From an uncultured Gammaproteobacteria bacterium (GTDB taxonomy: Bacteria > Pseudomonadota > Gammaproteobacteria > JAURND01): 64,000 bases of DNA. Below the pieces are notes generated by a model that was not told where the DNA came from, ran no database searches, and worked only from the letters and a program-made list of their open reading frames with translations. Within the stretch, counting starts at the first letter, position 1. Every line of letters begins with the position of its first letter. Location of the stretch: contig CAVQQD010000001.1 in the NCBI GenBank assembly GCA_963714975.1, positions 128,001 to 192,000 of the forward strand. Reading direction: 5' to 3'. Position numbers and translations under genes: made by a program. Of this stretch, positions 62,523 to 64,000 are shown in pieces.

Positions 62523-63466
62523 TGGCATTGCTCCAAAAGTTGTGGATGGGTACAAATTTCCTTAATAATTCCTTTTTTTCCATGTTCACGGGTCACAAAA
62601 ACAATAGCATCAATAGTTTGTTGCACTAGATTTAGCGGTGGAGCTGCTAAACCTGCTTCCATGGCTAAATCAAGCACGCGTTGAATCGCACCCGTAGCAC
62701 TATTGGCATGTACAGTAGCAATTCCACCCGGACAACCTGTATTCCAGGCTTTTAACAGGGTGAGTGCTTCTTTGCCGCGAACTTCGCCAATTAAAATTCG
62801 GTCAGGGCGCATTCGCATGGCATCACGCAATAAATCATTCATATCAATCTCTTTGCTGGTAAACATATGAACTTTATTTTTGGCAGCACACTGCAGCTCG
62901 GGGACATCTTCCAAAATTACAAAACGTTGATTTTCATCGGACTTTACTGCTTCAAGAATGAGCGCATTGGTCACCGTAGTTTTACCTGCCCCAGGACCAC
63001 CACACACTAAAATATTTCGTCTTTGCTCTACTAACTCCCGCAGTATTTCTGCTTGTGGCGTAGTAATGCGCTGGCTGTTGACATAATCAGCCAAAGAAAA
63101 AAGAGTCGCTGAGCGTTTACGAATACAGAAACTCGGACTTGCAACTAATGGGGGAATTTGTGCGGTAAATCGCTCGCCACGTAATGCTAAGTAGCAAGGT
63201 AATTCCGCCTCAAGATGCGGGTGTCTCTCCGTAACCACTAATCCATGCAGACCAGCGATGGTATAAATAATTGCTAATGCTTGTATTTTATTGAGTTGAC
63301 TGACACAAAGTTGCCCTTCGGTAATGCTGTCAATCCATAATGAACCATCGGGATTTAACATGATCTCATGGACATTCGTATCCTGTAAGAATTGAATAAT
63401 CTCTGAACCCAAATCTAGATATAATTTTTGATACAAACGCTGTTGTGATTCGGTAAGGCTTTGCAT
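62519..63466 (-). CDS. trbB: P-type T4SS ATPase TrbB/VirB11
   Basis: EIMLNPDG.LW, GGPGAGKT, LEDVPELQC, MRMRPDRILIGEVRG and WNTG.PGG.ATVHA motifs. Confidence 0.94.
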   Translation of the reverse strand: MQSLTESQQRLYQKLYLDLGSEIIQFLQDTNVHEIMLNPDGSLWIDSITEGQLCVSQLNKIQALAIIYTIAGLHGLVVTERHPHLEAELPCYLALRGERFTAQIPPLVASPSFCIRKRSATLFSLADYVNSQRITTPQAEILRELVEQRRNILVCGGPGAGKTTVTNALILEAVKSDENQRFVILEDVPELQCAAKNKVHMFTSKEIDMNDLLRDAMRMRPDRILIGEVRGKEALTLLKAWNTGCPGGIATVHANSATGAIQRVLDLAMEAGLAAPPLNLVQQTIDAIVFVTREHGKKGIIKEICTHPQLLEQCQ

Positions 63467-63554
63467 AGGTTACTCCAAAAAAAAGTAACCCTGTTGTACC
63501 AATTAATTGCAACTTGCGCTATACCGTAGTTGTTGCATTACGGCACATTTTCCT

Positions 63555-63722
63555 CTGTAGGGACAAAAAAAATTTTCCCCTCTGTAAGAGTTGTTTGGGT
63601 GTTAAAATAGCACATGTCGCGATGTGTCATGATGTGTCGCGATGTCGGGGATGCCTTCGGCCACCTTCTCCCAAATCCCCCTTTGAAAAAGGAGGGTAGG
63701 GGGGATTTGGGAGAAAGGGACA
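63555..63722. repeat. Family-B composite palindromes and short GATGTGTC repeats upstream of trbB
   Basis: ttctcccaaatccccctttgaaaaaggagggtagggggatttgggagaa and tgtcgcgatgtgtcatgatgtgtcgcgatgtc. Confidence 0.65.
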
Positions 63723-64000
63723 CGAAAATCACTCTTCCCGAAAATCCGTTTCACCGCGAGAAATGCCAGCAATTAATTTTTGACATAGCTCCTGCGTGAG
63801 GGGTTTGGCGAAATACCCATTCAACCCTATTATTTGTGCGCGTTGATCACAGCCACTATCTTTTTCACGTGCAGTTATTACCAACCCCCATTCCACACGC
63901 AGCCAATGACGGCAGAGGACTGCAACAGGGTAAGGTGAAAACGACAGTCAGAGGCAACATGTAAAAAGCAGTTTGGAAACAACCAACGATAGGCTAAAAT

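Overview
Chromosomal window from a gammaproteobacterium that looks Legionellales/Coxiellaceae-like. This is inferred from the gene content, the S/T-rich orphan proteins and the PmrA-like boxes. Housekeeping genes (aspS, rmuC, mdh, cysQ, hemW, prfC, gcvT-H-PA-PB, ligD, ku) are interleaved with accessory DNA. (1) About 8.7-27 kb is a degenerate tandem array. Three copies of an AAA-ATPase/PD-(D/E)XK nuclease gene alternate with cargo: a 1466-aa orphan, an nfrA/nfrB-like glycan pair and two effector-like paralogues. A third paralogue lies at 30.6 kb. The paralogues share a repeated helical module I do not recognise, a TPxCSFW + transmembrane-hairpin block and a PmrA-like promoter. (2) An AT-rich AbiEi / AbiEii-WYL type IV toxin-antitoxin pair. 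(3) An apparently intact RIT element (three tyrosine recombinases, 61-bp terminal IRs) inserted in a palindromic site of an AlbA_2/HATPase gene, with a hairpin in the left crossover core. (4) A trbBCDEJLFGI P-type T4SS with no coupling protein or relaxase in the window. (5) Many REP/MITE-like palindromes, several translated in-frame inside ligD, gcvT, gcvPA, rmuC and trbE. Single-base frameshifts, including one in prfC, suggest assembly indel errors, so pseudogene calls are tentative. All family assignments come from motif recognition by eye; no searches were run.
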